Shown: piece after piece, positions 19,861 to 28,805 of the stretch
Layout of the letters: the number at the start of each line of letters is the position of its first letter
Position numbering within the stretch: the first letter of the stretch is position 1
From: Spirochaetales bacterium
GTDB lineage: Bacteria > Spirochaetota > GWE2-31-10 > MWDO01
Assembly (NCBI GenBank): GCA_017540815.1
Contig: JAFYAI010000144.1
Location: 67,705 to 131,704 of the forward strand
DNA length: 64,000 bases
Reading direction: 5' to 3'
Program-made: the position numbers and the translations under genes
Notes under the pieces: model-generated
Database searches by the model: none
What the model was told of the DNA's origin: nothing
Seen by the model: only the letters and a program-made list of their open reading frames with translations

Positions 19861-22800
19861 CTACATCACTCTGTATATGTGCATCAGACCTTTGCCTTTG
19901 ATCTCCTGCTCTTCCTGACCGATGAGATTTGCTTCATCTTTGATAAGATCGTATGTCATCTGACTGACAGTGATCAGTCCTTCTTTGCCGTAGTGTTCCA
20001 TACGGCTGGCAGTATTGACTGTATCCCCCCATATATCATAGATAAACTTAGTCTTGCCGATAACACCTGCAGTAATAGTTCCTGAGCTGATACCGATACG
20101 CATACCAACTTTCATCTCGGCTGTCTCATTGTATTCTTTAATATCATTAAGCATACCTCTCGCGAACTCAAGCAACACTAAGGCATGCTTAGGATTTGCT
20201 TCAGGCACACCGCACGCAGCCATATAGCAGTCTCCGATAGTCTTGATCTTCTCTACACCCATATTCTCTGCACGCAGGTCAAATCTGGTAAACAAGTCAT
20301 TGAGATACAGAACAAGTTCGTGCGGAGTGCATGTACTGGACAGTTTGGTGAATCCTACAATGTCTGCAAACAGAACTGATGTTTCCGCAAATGAGTCTGC
20401 TATGATCTCCTCTGTATCTTTGAGCTGATCTGCAATCGGACGCGGCAGTATATTGAGCAGCAGAGCCTCTGACTTGTCTTTCTCTATCTGCAGATCCTTG
20501 GTCCTTTCATCAACGACTCTCTCAAGATACAGCTGCTGTTTCTTCATGCGGCTCATCCTCACTACATAGAACAATGCGAACAGTCCGGCTGCAGTCAAGA
20601 CACACAGGATAGCGAACCAAATAGTCTGGTAAAAATACACCTGCTTAACAAATGTGATCTGAGCCGGTGCAGTACTCCATACGCCGTCTCCATTGACGGT
20701 GCTGACAGAGAATGTATATTTACCGGCAGGCAGGTTAGTATATGATACCTGACGCTGAGATGTAACTTTGGATGCGGTTGTATCGAACCCGATCAGCTGA
20801 TATTTGAAGCCTACTCTCTCCAACGAAACATAACTAAGACCTACAAAATCAATCGTAATACGGTTGGCATTCGCAGGTATATCTATCTTGCTGTCATAAG
20901 GATTGAATGTCTGCTCCTCAGTGCTGATCTTCTCTATATACACAAGCGGCGGCACAGAACTTAGACTGGCTGACGGATTATACGAAGTAAAGCCTGTCGC
21001 CATCGGAAACCACAAACACCCCCGTGAATCCATACAGCTAAGCGATGTGCTTGTCAGTCCGCTTGGGAATAATCCGTCATTCTTATTGTATAATTTGGTC
21101 TCCAGCATTATATTCCTGCCTTCAGCGATCATATCCAGCTGCACAGCAGGCACAGAACATAAGCCGGAGTTGGTAACAAACCACGCCATGTCATTCTGAT
21201 CAAACAATATCTGGAATATCGAATCTGCCGGCAATCCTGCAGCCATATTGAATGTAACAAAATGATCGGCATTAAGATCATATTTGGTTACACCTGAGCC
21301 TGTACAGATCCAATAGCTGCCTTTCTTATCCTGCATTATCTTAAATATAACATTGCCGGCAAGCCCCTTATCCGTATCTATTACATCAAATATTTTACCG
21401 TCACGGATCAGATTAACACCGCCGCCGTCAGTGCCAACCCACAGGACATGATTATTATCCTCATACAGACACATTATGAAATCATTAGTCAGTCCGTCTA
21501 TCTTAGTCATCACTTCAATCTTCTCCACAATAAATGATGACGGATTATTGGGATCTTGTCGCCTCGTCAGGATATTGAGACCTTTTGCGGTTCCGACTGC
21601 GATTCGTCCGTCATGAAGTTCCAATGCTACACGGCATCTGTCTATCGACAGACCGTTCTTGCTGGATATGCTCTTGATATTGCCGTCTTTGATAAATACG
21701 ACACCCGCATCTGAATATGTAGACACCATCAGAGTGCCGTCCTTGCTCCATGCAAGATCACGAATACGCCTGTGCTTGAAATACTCTACAATCTCATTGT
21801 TAAGCAGTTTGCCGTTATAACAGATCAGACCGCTGTCTGTTCCTATAAAGAATCTCCCCCTGCTTGTATCTTCCGTAATGCAATTAACGGCAGACTCTGT
21901 AGGTATGGAATGAAATCTGACCTTAGTCAGTTTCTCTATACCGCCGAGGTTTGTTCCTATCCAGATATTGTCCTCTCTGTCTTTGAATATCTTCAATATC
22001 GAGTTATTGATGAGACCTTCATTCTCAGTATAATACTCCACATGTCCGCCGAATGAAACATAGATAATACCGGTCTGTGTTCCAATCCAGATATTCTTGT
22101 TATCATCTTCCATAAATGTATTTATCTCGGACTGACTGATAAATCCTTCCTGTCCTACATACTGCTGCAGATGTATATCAGCATCATCAGCAAATAATTC
22201 AGTAGTCTTGATCCTATAGACGCTGTTATTTCGCAGACCAAACCACATATACCCCATTGAATCTTGGAATACTATCGAAGCGATAACTCCCTGCAGAAAT
22301 TTCGGTTTATATATCTTAAATGCTCCATCCCGTTTGGTATATCGATATACATTGCCGGCTGTAGTCGTTGCCCATATAGATCCGTATATATCACAATACA
22401 GCCGAACTATTGTAGCATCCTGCAGTCCGTTATATTCCAGTCCTCCTATCCTGGACAGATTGTTATTGGTATCATAGACTACGACACCGTTGGATGTACC
22501 TATCCATATATCTCCGTTGTTGCCTTCGATAATGCTCCGGATAGACTTGCTCGGCAGATCTTCATTGATTAATGTCAGGCTGCTTCGCTGTGCATTCTGA
22601 TATGCCAATCCTTCATCATTGCTGCCTATCCATAATCGTCGCTTGGAGTCCTCCATTACAACACGAGCAGATATGAATGGTGACACTTTAGAAGTATTTC
22701 TGTTAAGGACAGAAAACTTTACTCCATCGAACTTAATAAGTCCTGCATAAGACCCCATGTATATATATCCCAGATAGTCCTGCACCATCGATGTTATCGT

Positions 22801-22929
22801 ATTAGTTGGCAGCCCGTCATCACTTGACCATCGGCGGGAAACATACTCCGACAGGAAACTCTCCTGTGCATATACCATCCCGATACACAGCATCATAACT
22901 GTAATAAGTCCGAGTTTAATCTTTTTCAT
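19861..22929 (-). CDS. class III adenylate cyclase fused to a periplasmic two-component-regulator propeller / Y_Y_Y sensor
   Basis: Signal peptide, repeated WIGT/W.GT propeller blades, one TM helix, then CHD (VLFADIVGFT...IKTIGDCYMAA...GDTVNTASRME). Confidence 0.85.
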   Translation of the reverse strand: MKKIKLGLITVMMLCIGMVYAQESFLSEYVSRRWSSDDGLPTNTITSMVQDYLGYIYMGSYAGLIKFDGVKFSVLNRNTSKVSPFISARVVMEDSKRRLWIGSNDEGLAYQNAQRSSLTLINEDLPSKSIRSIIEGNNGDIWIGTSNGVVVYDTNNNLSRIGGLEYNGLQDATIVRLYCDIYGSIWATTTAGNVYRYTKRDGAFKIYKPKFLQGVIASIVFQDSMGYMWFGLRNNSVYRIKTTELFADDADIHLQQYVGQEGFISQSEINTFMEDDNKNIWIGTQTGIIYVSFGGHVEYYTENEGLINNSILKIFKDREDNIWIGTNLGGIEKLTKVRFHSIPTESAVNCITEDTSRGRFFIGTDSGLICYNGKLLNNEIVEYFKHRRIRDLAWSKDGTLMVSTYSDAGVVFIKDGNIKSISSKNGLSIDRCRVALELHDGRIAVGTAKGLNILTRRQDPNNPSSFIVEKIEVMTKIDGLTNDFIMCLYEDNNHVLWVGTDGGGVNLIRDGKIFDVIDTDKGLAGNVIFKIMQDKKGSYWICTGSGVTKYDLNADHFVTFNMAAGLPADSIFQILFDQNDMAWFVTNSGLCSVPAVQLDMIAEGRNIMLETKLYNKNDGLFPSGLTSTSLSCMDSRGCLWFPMATGFTSYNPSASLSSVPPLVYIEKISTEEQTFNPYDSKIDIPANANRITIDFVGLSYVSLERVGFKYQLIGFDTTASKVTSQRQVSYTNLPAGKYTFSVSTVNGDGVWSTAPAQITFVKQVYFYQTIWFAILCVLTAAGLFALFYVVRMSRMKKQQLYLERVVDERTKDLQIEKDKSEALLLNILPRPIADQLKDTEEIIADSFAETSVLFADIVGFTKLSSTCTPHELVLYLNDLFTRFDLRAENMGVEKIKTIGDCYMAACGVPEANPKHALVLLEFARGMLNDIKEYNETAEMKVGMRIGISSGTITAGVIGKTKFIYDIWGDTVNTASRMEHYGKEGLITVSQMTYDLIKDEANLIGQEEQEIKGKGLMHIYRVM

Positions 22930-23047
22930 ACAATGTTACTCCATCTATGTCATCCCAAACCTGCTTTGGGATCTCCTCACAAAAAATGCCAAAACAGCAT
23001 TGCATAACGCTTCCTTGCGGCGGCGGAAGTTCAGCCCCAAAATATTA

Positions 23048-24937
23048 TCATACTCTATACTCCGACAGCAGCAAAGGCATAGCCTTGCCCTTAACCCTGA
23101 TCTCTCCCAACGGATAATACCTGTCCTTGTCAGCTGCCGATGTCTTGGAGACGATAGTCTCGGAGACTACAACCGAGAGTTTCTGCTTCTCTGCATAACT
23201 CTCTATCCTGGATGCAGTATTGACCGTATCGGATATAACCGTATCATCAAGGCGATGCTCCTCTCCTATCATGCCGAGTATCATCTTACCGTAATGAACT
23301 CCTATACCGATTCGGAGCAGGCACTTCCCCTCTGCTTTCCGTTCCTTATTCACTTCATCCAATGCTCTGACTATATTTTCACAGCATTCTATCGCATCCT
23401 CCGGATTATTGGGGAACAATGCCATAAACCCCTGTGAAATAAACTTGCTGACGAAGCCTCTGCAGTCAACAATCTGCAGCGAAACTCTGTGAAAAAACCT
23501 GCTCAAAGTCTGAGTCTTTTCTTCTTCATCGATCTCTTGACAGCCCTCGTAAAACTCGAAAGACATCTGCGAGAATACTATACTCATCTCTACATCGACA
23601 TGATTGCCAAGATGAACATCATTAAGCAGGTTCTTCACATTGAGCAGTCTGAGGAATTCTCTCGGTACAAAACGAACACAGGCTTCGTTGAGTTCTTCCA
23701 ACTCTGCGACAAGAGCCTTATGTCGGGCAAACATTCTGCTCTGCTCCAACGAGATGCAGACAAACTGAAATATGGCAAACAACATCATCGCATACGGCAT
23801 CACCATAATCGGCGATATTATCCTAATCTCAGTAATAATAATATCAGCAGTCCCTGCTACAAGCAGGATGATAATATCCACCAATAATATCACTACTTTT
23901 CGGCTGCGATACCGCAGTCCCTGCAGCACAACTATCAATAAAAAAACCATTGTGCAGAACGAATACAGAAGCAGCCCCTGCACAAACAGATTGGCGATCT
24001 GTATCGGCAGCAAAGTTGTACAAATACCCAATACAGCTCCTATCGTTCCGACAACACGGAATACAGCCTTCCAGTAACGGAACTGCGGGAACTCTCCCCG
24101 ACAAAACAATACAAAAAACGACGGACTCGCCCACAGCGTAAAATACTCCACCTTATACAACACAGTAAAGGGTACACCGGGGATTATCATTGCTGAGATC
24201 GGACAGTCAGCCACGAATATACGCAGTGCTATCGTCAGAACAAATAAAGCAAAGAACCAGGTCGCTTTGTTTTTCTTATTCATTAAGAACAGCATAAAGT
24301 TATACAATGCCAGCACAAACAGGTTAGCACAAAAGTATAATCTCTCTCCTACCACACGGCAAAACTCCTTATATACACATTCTGCTTCCCCAAACCTGAC
24401 TGCGTCTGTCATACCGCCTTTGCGGTAGTTGTGATTAGACACTTGGAATATCAGTTCCAGATTACCCTCTGTATCAGAAAAAACTTCCTCATAAAATGGC
24501 TGTCTCCCGGCTTTAGCCTTAGTCAGATCTTCTCTGACTGTTCCTATACTTTTGACAAGTTCGCCATTGCAGTATATATTAGCCGCAGTCCTCGGAGAGT
24601 CTTTCATATAGAATGCGTATTTACACGACGGCTTAAGCTTAGTAATATACATCCGATAAGTACAAACAGCTCTAACAGAATGCTTATGCTTATGAAGAAC
24701 AGCATCCCATGTGCCGGGCACAGTAATATACGCATCAGGCGGCTGTATCCACACATCCTCTACTGTCGGCAGCATCTTATCTATATACAGCTGCCAAGTT
24801 CCGCTTAGATACATAGGTCTGTGACCAAGCCGACGATTATCCTTGACAGAGAGTGTCCCGTACTTCACCTGAGAATGTGCGAAACAGGTCAGACATAAAA
24901 ATAAAACAGCCAATAGCGGAATGCGAACTCTACACAT
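23048..24937 (-). CDS. class III adenylate cyclase with 7TMR-DISM sensor domains (second paralogue)
   Basis: Same architecture as 17980..19851. CHD motif LRIGIGVHYGKMILGMIGEE...DTVNTASRIE. Confidence 0.85.
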   Translation of the reverse strand: MCRVRIPLLAVLFLCLTCFAHSQVKYGTLSVKDNRRLGHRPMYLSGTWQLYIDKMLPTVEDVWIQPPDAYITVPGTWDAVLHKHKHSVRAVCTYRMYITKLKPSCKYAFYMKDSPRTAANIYCNGELVKSIGTVREDLTKAKAGRQPFYEEVFSDTEGNLELIFQVSNHNYRKGGMTDAVRFGEAECVYKEFCRVVGERLYFCANLFVLALYNFMLFLMNKKNKATWFFALFVLTIALRIFVADCPISAMIIPGVPFTVLYKVEYFTLWASPSFFVLFCRGEFPQFRYWKAVFRVVGTIGAVLGICTTLLPIQIANLFVQGLLLYSFCTMVFLLIVVLQGLRYRSRKVVILLVDIIILLVAGTADIIITEIRIISPIMVMPYAMMLFAIFQFVCISLEQSRMFARHKALVAELEELNEACVRFVPREFLRLLNVKNLLNDVHLGNHVDVEMSIVFSQMSFEFYEGCQEIDEEEKTQTLSRFFHRVSLQIVDCRGFVSKFISQGFMALFPNNPEDAIECCENIVRALDEVNKERKAEGKCLLRIGIGVHYGKMILGMIGEEHRLDDTVISDTVNTASRIESYAEKQKLSVVVSETIVSKTSAADKDRYYPLGEIRVKGKAMPLLLSEYRV

Positions 24938-24978
24938 AATACTACCTAAAACATCCGTACCTAAACGACACCGGTGTT

Positions 24979-25380
24979 TTATGAAATCTTTTTCTTAATC
25001 TCTTCTTCGTAATCAATGATAAAGTTCTTATCGGGTTCTGCCAGATCCAAGTCAAACAGCTCATTATACGAGCAGAACTTGTACTCACTGTGTGCAGACA
25101 GTTTGATGCCACCGATATTGTCACAAGTCGAAACGATGAACATTATAATGTAAATATCCGCTCCGTCGTGATACTCCACAGAGCCCATCTCTTCAATCGG
25201 CTTGACTGTAATCCCCAACTCCTCGCTGATCTCTCTTGTAAGTGCAGCCTCAGTCTTCTCATCTTCATTCATCTTGCCGCCGGGGAACTCCCATTTGCCG
25301 GTATCGTTTCGCTTGGCAACAAGGACTTTGCCATCAGCCACCAAAAATGCAGCAGCTACATTTATCAGATTAAAGTCCAT
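24979..25380 (-). CDS. NUDIX hydrolase (MutT-like)
   Basis: Nudix box GGKMNEDEKTEAALTREISEELGI (G-x5-E-x7-REUxEExGU). Confidence 0.8.
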   Translation of the reverse strand: MDFNLINVAAAFLVADGKVLVAKRNDTGKWEFPGGKMNEDEKTEAALTREISEELGITVKPIEEMGSVEYHDGADIYIIMFIVSTCDNIGGIKLSAHSEYKFCSYNELFDLDLAEPDKNFIIDYEEEIKKKIS

Positions 25381-25591
25381 AATAACCTCTCCTTATCATT
25401 ATCTGCGTCTGCAACGCCTTATTATGTAAGAGTGTGCAGTCCGCCCTATTTTACTTTTTTCCATTATAATACATCTTATGTATAATTTCAAACAAAATAA
25501 TTAAAAATATCATTTTGCTAAGAATTTGAAAATTTATAAATTACAAGAAATTATCTCAAAATGTCATATACTCTTTGTTAAACAAATTTCC

Positions 25592-25620
25592 TTGACAATA
25601 TTGCATTTTTGATTTATTAT
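25592..25620 (+). promoter_or_regulatory. sigma70-like promoter TTGACA-17-TATTAT upstream of the pyrBI leader
   Basis: Seen directly: TTGACA 25592-25597, 17-nt spacer, TATTAT 25615-25620. Confidence 0.55.
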
Positions 25621-25626
25621 GCTGAT

Positions 25627-25731
25627 ATGGAAATGCTAAAGCGATTTATTACATACAGATATTTTCTTAGACTTAACAGGATGACTAACACCTGCCGCTT
25701 ATTAATTATTTAATAAAGGCAGGTTTTTTTA
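25627..25731 (+). promoter_or_regulatory. pyrL-like leader: a 28-codon ORF whose stop codon lies inside a terminator hairpin with a 7-T tail, ending 15 nt before the pyrB RBS
   Basis: Leader ORF 25627..25713 encodes MEMLKRFITYRYFLRLNRMTNTCRLLII. Hairpin arms cctgccgcttattaa / ttaataaaggcagg (25691..25723), T7 at 25724..25730. pyrB ATG at 25747. Confidence 0.45.
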
Positions 25732-25746
25732 TAAAAGAGGCTTAAT

Positions 25747-26676
25747 ATGGATTTAACCGGACATTTCATAGGAAGGAACATCATATCCTTCCGGGATCTG
25801 ACCAAGGATGAGATAGAATACATCCTGCAGAAAGCATTTGAGGTGAAGAACAGGCAGCATGAGAATGCGTTAGCCGGCAAGGTTTTGGCAACACTGTTCT
25901 TTGAGCCGTCAACCAGAACAAGGCTGTCATTTGAAGCGGCGATAACTTCGATCGGCGGACGATTCTTCGGAATCGCAGACAGTTCAAGTTCGTCAATTAT
26001 GAAAGGCGAAACTCTCAAAGATACCATCAAGACTGTCAGCGGCTACTGCGATGCGATAATCATGCGTCATCCTTACGAAGGTGCGGCTCGTGCCGCTGCC
26101 GATGTTTCATCAGTGCCGATTATCAATGCCGGAGACGGTGCCAATCAGCATCCTACTCAAGCTCTGCTCGACTTATTCACGATTAAGGAGACATTCGGCA
26201 ATATAGACGGTCTCAACATCGGACTGATGGGCGATCTCAAATACGGCAGGACTGTCCACTCGCTGTCGATGGCATTGGCACACTACAATGTCAAACTCAC
26301 ACTGATCGCCCCCAAACTCCTCCGAATGCCCAAAGATGTCAAGGAGCACCTGCAAAGCCGCAATGTCGCTTATGATGAGATAGAGTGCATCAACGAAGAA
26401 TGCAAAAAACTCGATGTGATATATGTCACACGAATTCAGAAAGAACGATTCGGAGACTTGCAGGAATACGAGCGTGTTGCAGGTTCTTATAAAATATCCA
26501 AAGCGACATTGGCAGACCTCAATCCCAATGTAAAGATCATGCATCCGCTGCCGCGAGTCGATGAGATCGATCCTGATGTGGATGACACACCGAATGCACT
26601 TTATTTCCATCAGGCACATAACGGTATACCTGTTCGTCAGGCATTAGTATCATTAGTAACAGGAGCGATAAAATGA
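25747..26676 (+). CDS. pyrB: aspartate carbamoyltransferase catalytic subunit
   Basis: STRTR, HPTQ and HPLP motifs. Followed by pyrI with a 4-nt overlap. Confidence 0.9.
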   Translation: MDLTGHFIGRNIISFRDLTKDEIEYILQKAFEVKNRQHENALAGKVLATLFFEPSTRTRLSFEAAITSIGGRFFGIADSSSSSIMKGETLKDTIKTVSGYCDAIIMRHPYEGAARAAADVSSVPIINAGDGANQHPTQALLDLFTIKETFGNIDGLNIGLMGDLKYGRTVHSLSMALAHYNVKLTLIAPKLLRMPKDVKEHLQSRNVAYDEIECINEECKKLDVIYVTRIQKERFGDLQEYERVAGSYKISKATLADLNPNVKIMHPLPRVDEIDPDVDDTPNALYFHQAHNGIPVRQALVSLVTGAIK

Positions 26677-27143
26677 GCAGCAACTCTCAGAGATCATTCA
26701 AAGTATATAAGATAGACAACGGAACTGTAATAGACCACATCAATTCATCGATGGCACTGAAGATCATCGACATTCTTGAGATCAAGAAAGACGGCATCGT
26801 CAGTATCGGTATGAACTTCGACTCGGCAGTAACGGGCAAGAAAGACATTATCAAGATAGAGAATGTCCACCTCGACAAAAAGCACACCGATATGATAGCG
26901 ATATTCTCACCACAGGCAACGATCAACATCATCAAGGACAGCGAAGTCGTTGAGAAACGCCAGGTCGAAGTGCCGAAAGTGATAAACAAAGTGCTGCGAT
27001 GCCCCAATCCGACATGCGTGACGAACAAATATCACGACTGCGACTCGAAATTCATCGTAGAGCATTATGACGAAAATCAAACCTACGGCAGATGTTACTA
27101 CTGTGAGAGAGAGACTCTTATCACACCGGATCTTGTTAAATAA
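26673..27143 (+). CDS. pyrI: aspartate carbamoyltransferase regulatory subunit
   Basis: C-terminal zinc domain CPNPTC...CYYCE. Size 156 aa. Overlaps the pyrB stop. Confidence 0.9.
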   Translation: MSSNSQRSFKVYKIDNGTVIDHINSSMALKIIDILEIKKDGIVSIGMNFDSAVTGKKDIIKIENVHLDKKHTDMIAIFSPQATINIIKDSEVVEKRQVEVPKVINKVLRCPNPTCVTNKYHDCDSKFIVEHYDENQTYGRCYYCERETLITPDLVK

Positions 27144-27196
27144 CCTGTCACTCCGAACCTGTTTCGGGGTCTCGAAAAATATCAAGGAGCTGTATT

Positions 27197-27589
27197 ATGA
27201 TACTTACACTGAAAAAAGGCGGCATAGTCGTTCGGCAGGGCGACACCAAAGACAGAAATCTCTACATCATTCACAAAGGTGCATTCACCGTTCAGCGAGT
27301 AAGCGGCGACACTGTGATTAACTGCGGCACACTGCACGAAGGCGACATCTTCGGTGAAATGTCAATGATACTCGGACTCTCCAGAAGCTCTACCATTATG
27401 GCGACAACCGACGAAGCGGAAGTTGAGAGCCTAAGCAAACAGTCATTCCTTGACCTGATACAGAAGCAGCCGGAGATTGCATGGAAAGTCCTCACCAACC
27501 TCGCTCTGAAAACTCAGCGTCTCGACGAAGTGCAGAGCCAATTAAACGATCCTGAGAGTCTTAAGATGATATTGGCTGCGAAGAGATGA
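27197..27589 (+). CDS. stand-alone cyclic-nucleotide-binding (CAP-effector) domain protein, 130 aa
   Basis: cNMP-binding signature ...GDIFGEMSMILG...RSSTIMA. No DNA-binding domain. RBS AAGGAG. Confidence 0.75.
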   Translation: MILTLKKGGIVVRQGDTKDRNLYIIHKGAFTVQRVSGDTVINCGTLHEGDIFGEMSMILGLSRSSTIMATTDEAEVESLSKQSFLDLIQKQPEIAWKVLTNLALKTQRLDEVQSQLNDPESLKMILAAKR

Positions 27590-27716
27590 ATTAATTCATA
27601 ATGCATAATTAACTTGCGATGAAAGCCCTGAAAAACATGAATGGGCTCAATATACTATTGACGATTTTTTGATTGATTGACCGCCGGAGAAGTTTCAATA
27701 ATTCATATTTAGTAAT

Positions 27717-28736
27717 ATGTTAAAAATCTTAAAATTTGTATTACTTTTTTGTTTTGTCTCTTCTTTATGTAACTGCAAAGATCAGACTTATACAGACAAG
27801 TATCTGCCATGTGATATGCCGAACAAAACTGTTTATGAGTATAATCCTCGCAAAGCAGGAGCTAAAGTTTTAAAGAGAATTAATGTCCCTGCCGGATATG
27901 GTATGACTTATCTCAATGGTCATTTTTATATGCTTGCAGACAATAGACTTAGTATTTTCGATTTGTCTGATAACGAGATACTGCCTGTTAGAGATGTCAC
28001 ATTTGATTCTGTAGACATACAAATAGAATATAAAAAAATAAGACTGTGCGGGTTACTGGAATGCGATAATCAGATAATATTTATGACTTCCGATTTTTTC
28101 AAGAAAGGAAAAAATATTTTTTCGATTAATACTCTTGAACATCGTTTGTATTATGCTGATATTTCTGCTGATATACAACATCATTTGCCTGATTTATGTA
28201 CTAATTTGGAATATTTTTATTACGATGGTTCATCGGACAGCATTGATGTATGTTTTTCTAATATTGGCGACAGCGAAACAAAGAAGTTTTTTGTTTACAA
28301 ATATAAAGATGTTCACGGGATGAATCATTTGGAGACAGAAGAGCTTGTTGAAAGTATTTCAAATCCTCATTTCTATTCTATGCTAAATTTATCTCATCAT
28401 GGATGTATTTTAGGTCAATATGCCGGTTTGCCTAATCGTTCTATTGTCAATTCTCTTTTGATTTATAAAGATTATCGTAATCTCCCATTTCATAAAATTG
28501 ATCTATGTTACTTATTGATAGATAACAGACCACTCTCCGCATTCTCTGATGACAACGGCGATATATGGCTGTATGTCCGGGAGCCGTCGCAGGGAAGCGA
28601 TGGGCATCTGCGACGCAAGCTGCTCGGCACGGATGCCGATGTGCAGCAGGCTCAAGGACGAAAAGCCTGTGCAGATGCACAAGTCGCAGATGATCCTTGT
28701 GATAAATACGAACTGCTGAAACTGAAATTATTATAA
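27717..28736 (+). CDS. hypothetical lipoprotein
   Basis: Signal peptide with lipobox-like LCNC. 339 aa, Tyr/Asp-rich. Confidence 0.55.
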   Translation: MLKILKFVLLFCFVSSLCNCKDQTYTDKYLPCDMPNKTVYEYNPRKAGAKVLKRINVPAGYGMTYLNGHFYMLADNRLSIFDLSDNEILPVRDVTFDSVDIQIEYKKIRLCGLLECDNQIIFMTSDFFKKGKNIFSINTLEHRLYYADISADIQHHLPDLCTNLEYFYYDGSSDSIDVCFSNIGDSETKKFFVYKYKDVHGMNHLETEELVESISNPHFYSMLNLSHHGCILGQYAGLPNRSIVNSLLIYKDYRNLPFHKIDLCYLLIDNRPLSAFSDDNGDIWLYVREPSQGSDGHLRRKLLGTDADVQQAQGRKACADAQVADDPCDKYELLKLKLL

Positions 28737-28754
28737 AACTTATCACCAAAAAAA

Positions 28755-28797
28755 CTCGGTTTCTGCCGCCGAAGGCGACGAAACCGAGTTTTTTTTT
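28755..28797. terminator. bidirectional rho-independent terminator
   Basis: ctcggtttc...gaaaccgag 9-bp stem with GC-rich loop, T9 downstream and A-run upstream. Between convergent 27717..28736 (+) and gltD (-). Confidence 0.8.
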
Positions 28798-28805
28798 AAT
28801 CGCTC

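Noticed and set aside
22930-23047. Small hairpins (cccaaacctgctttggg; cttccttgcggcggcggaag) between two adenylate-cyclase genes
   Set aside because: Short stems without convincing U-tracts. The genes are probably still co-transcribed, and there is no basis for a stronger claim.
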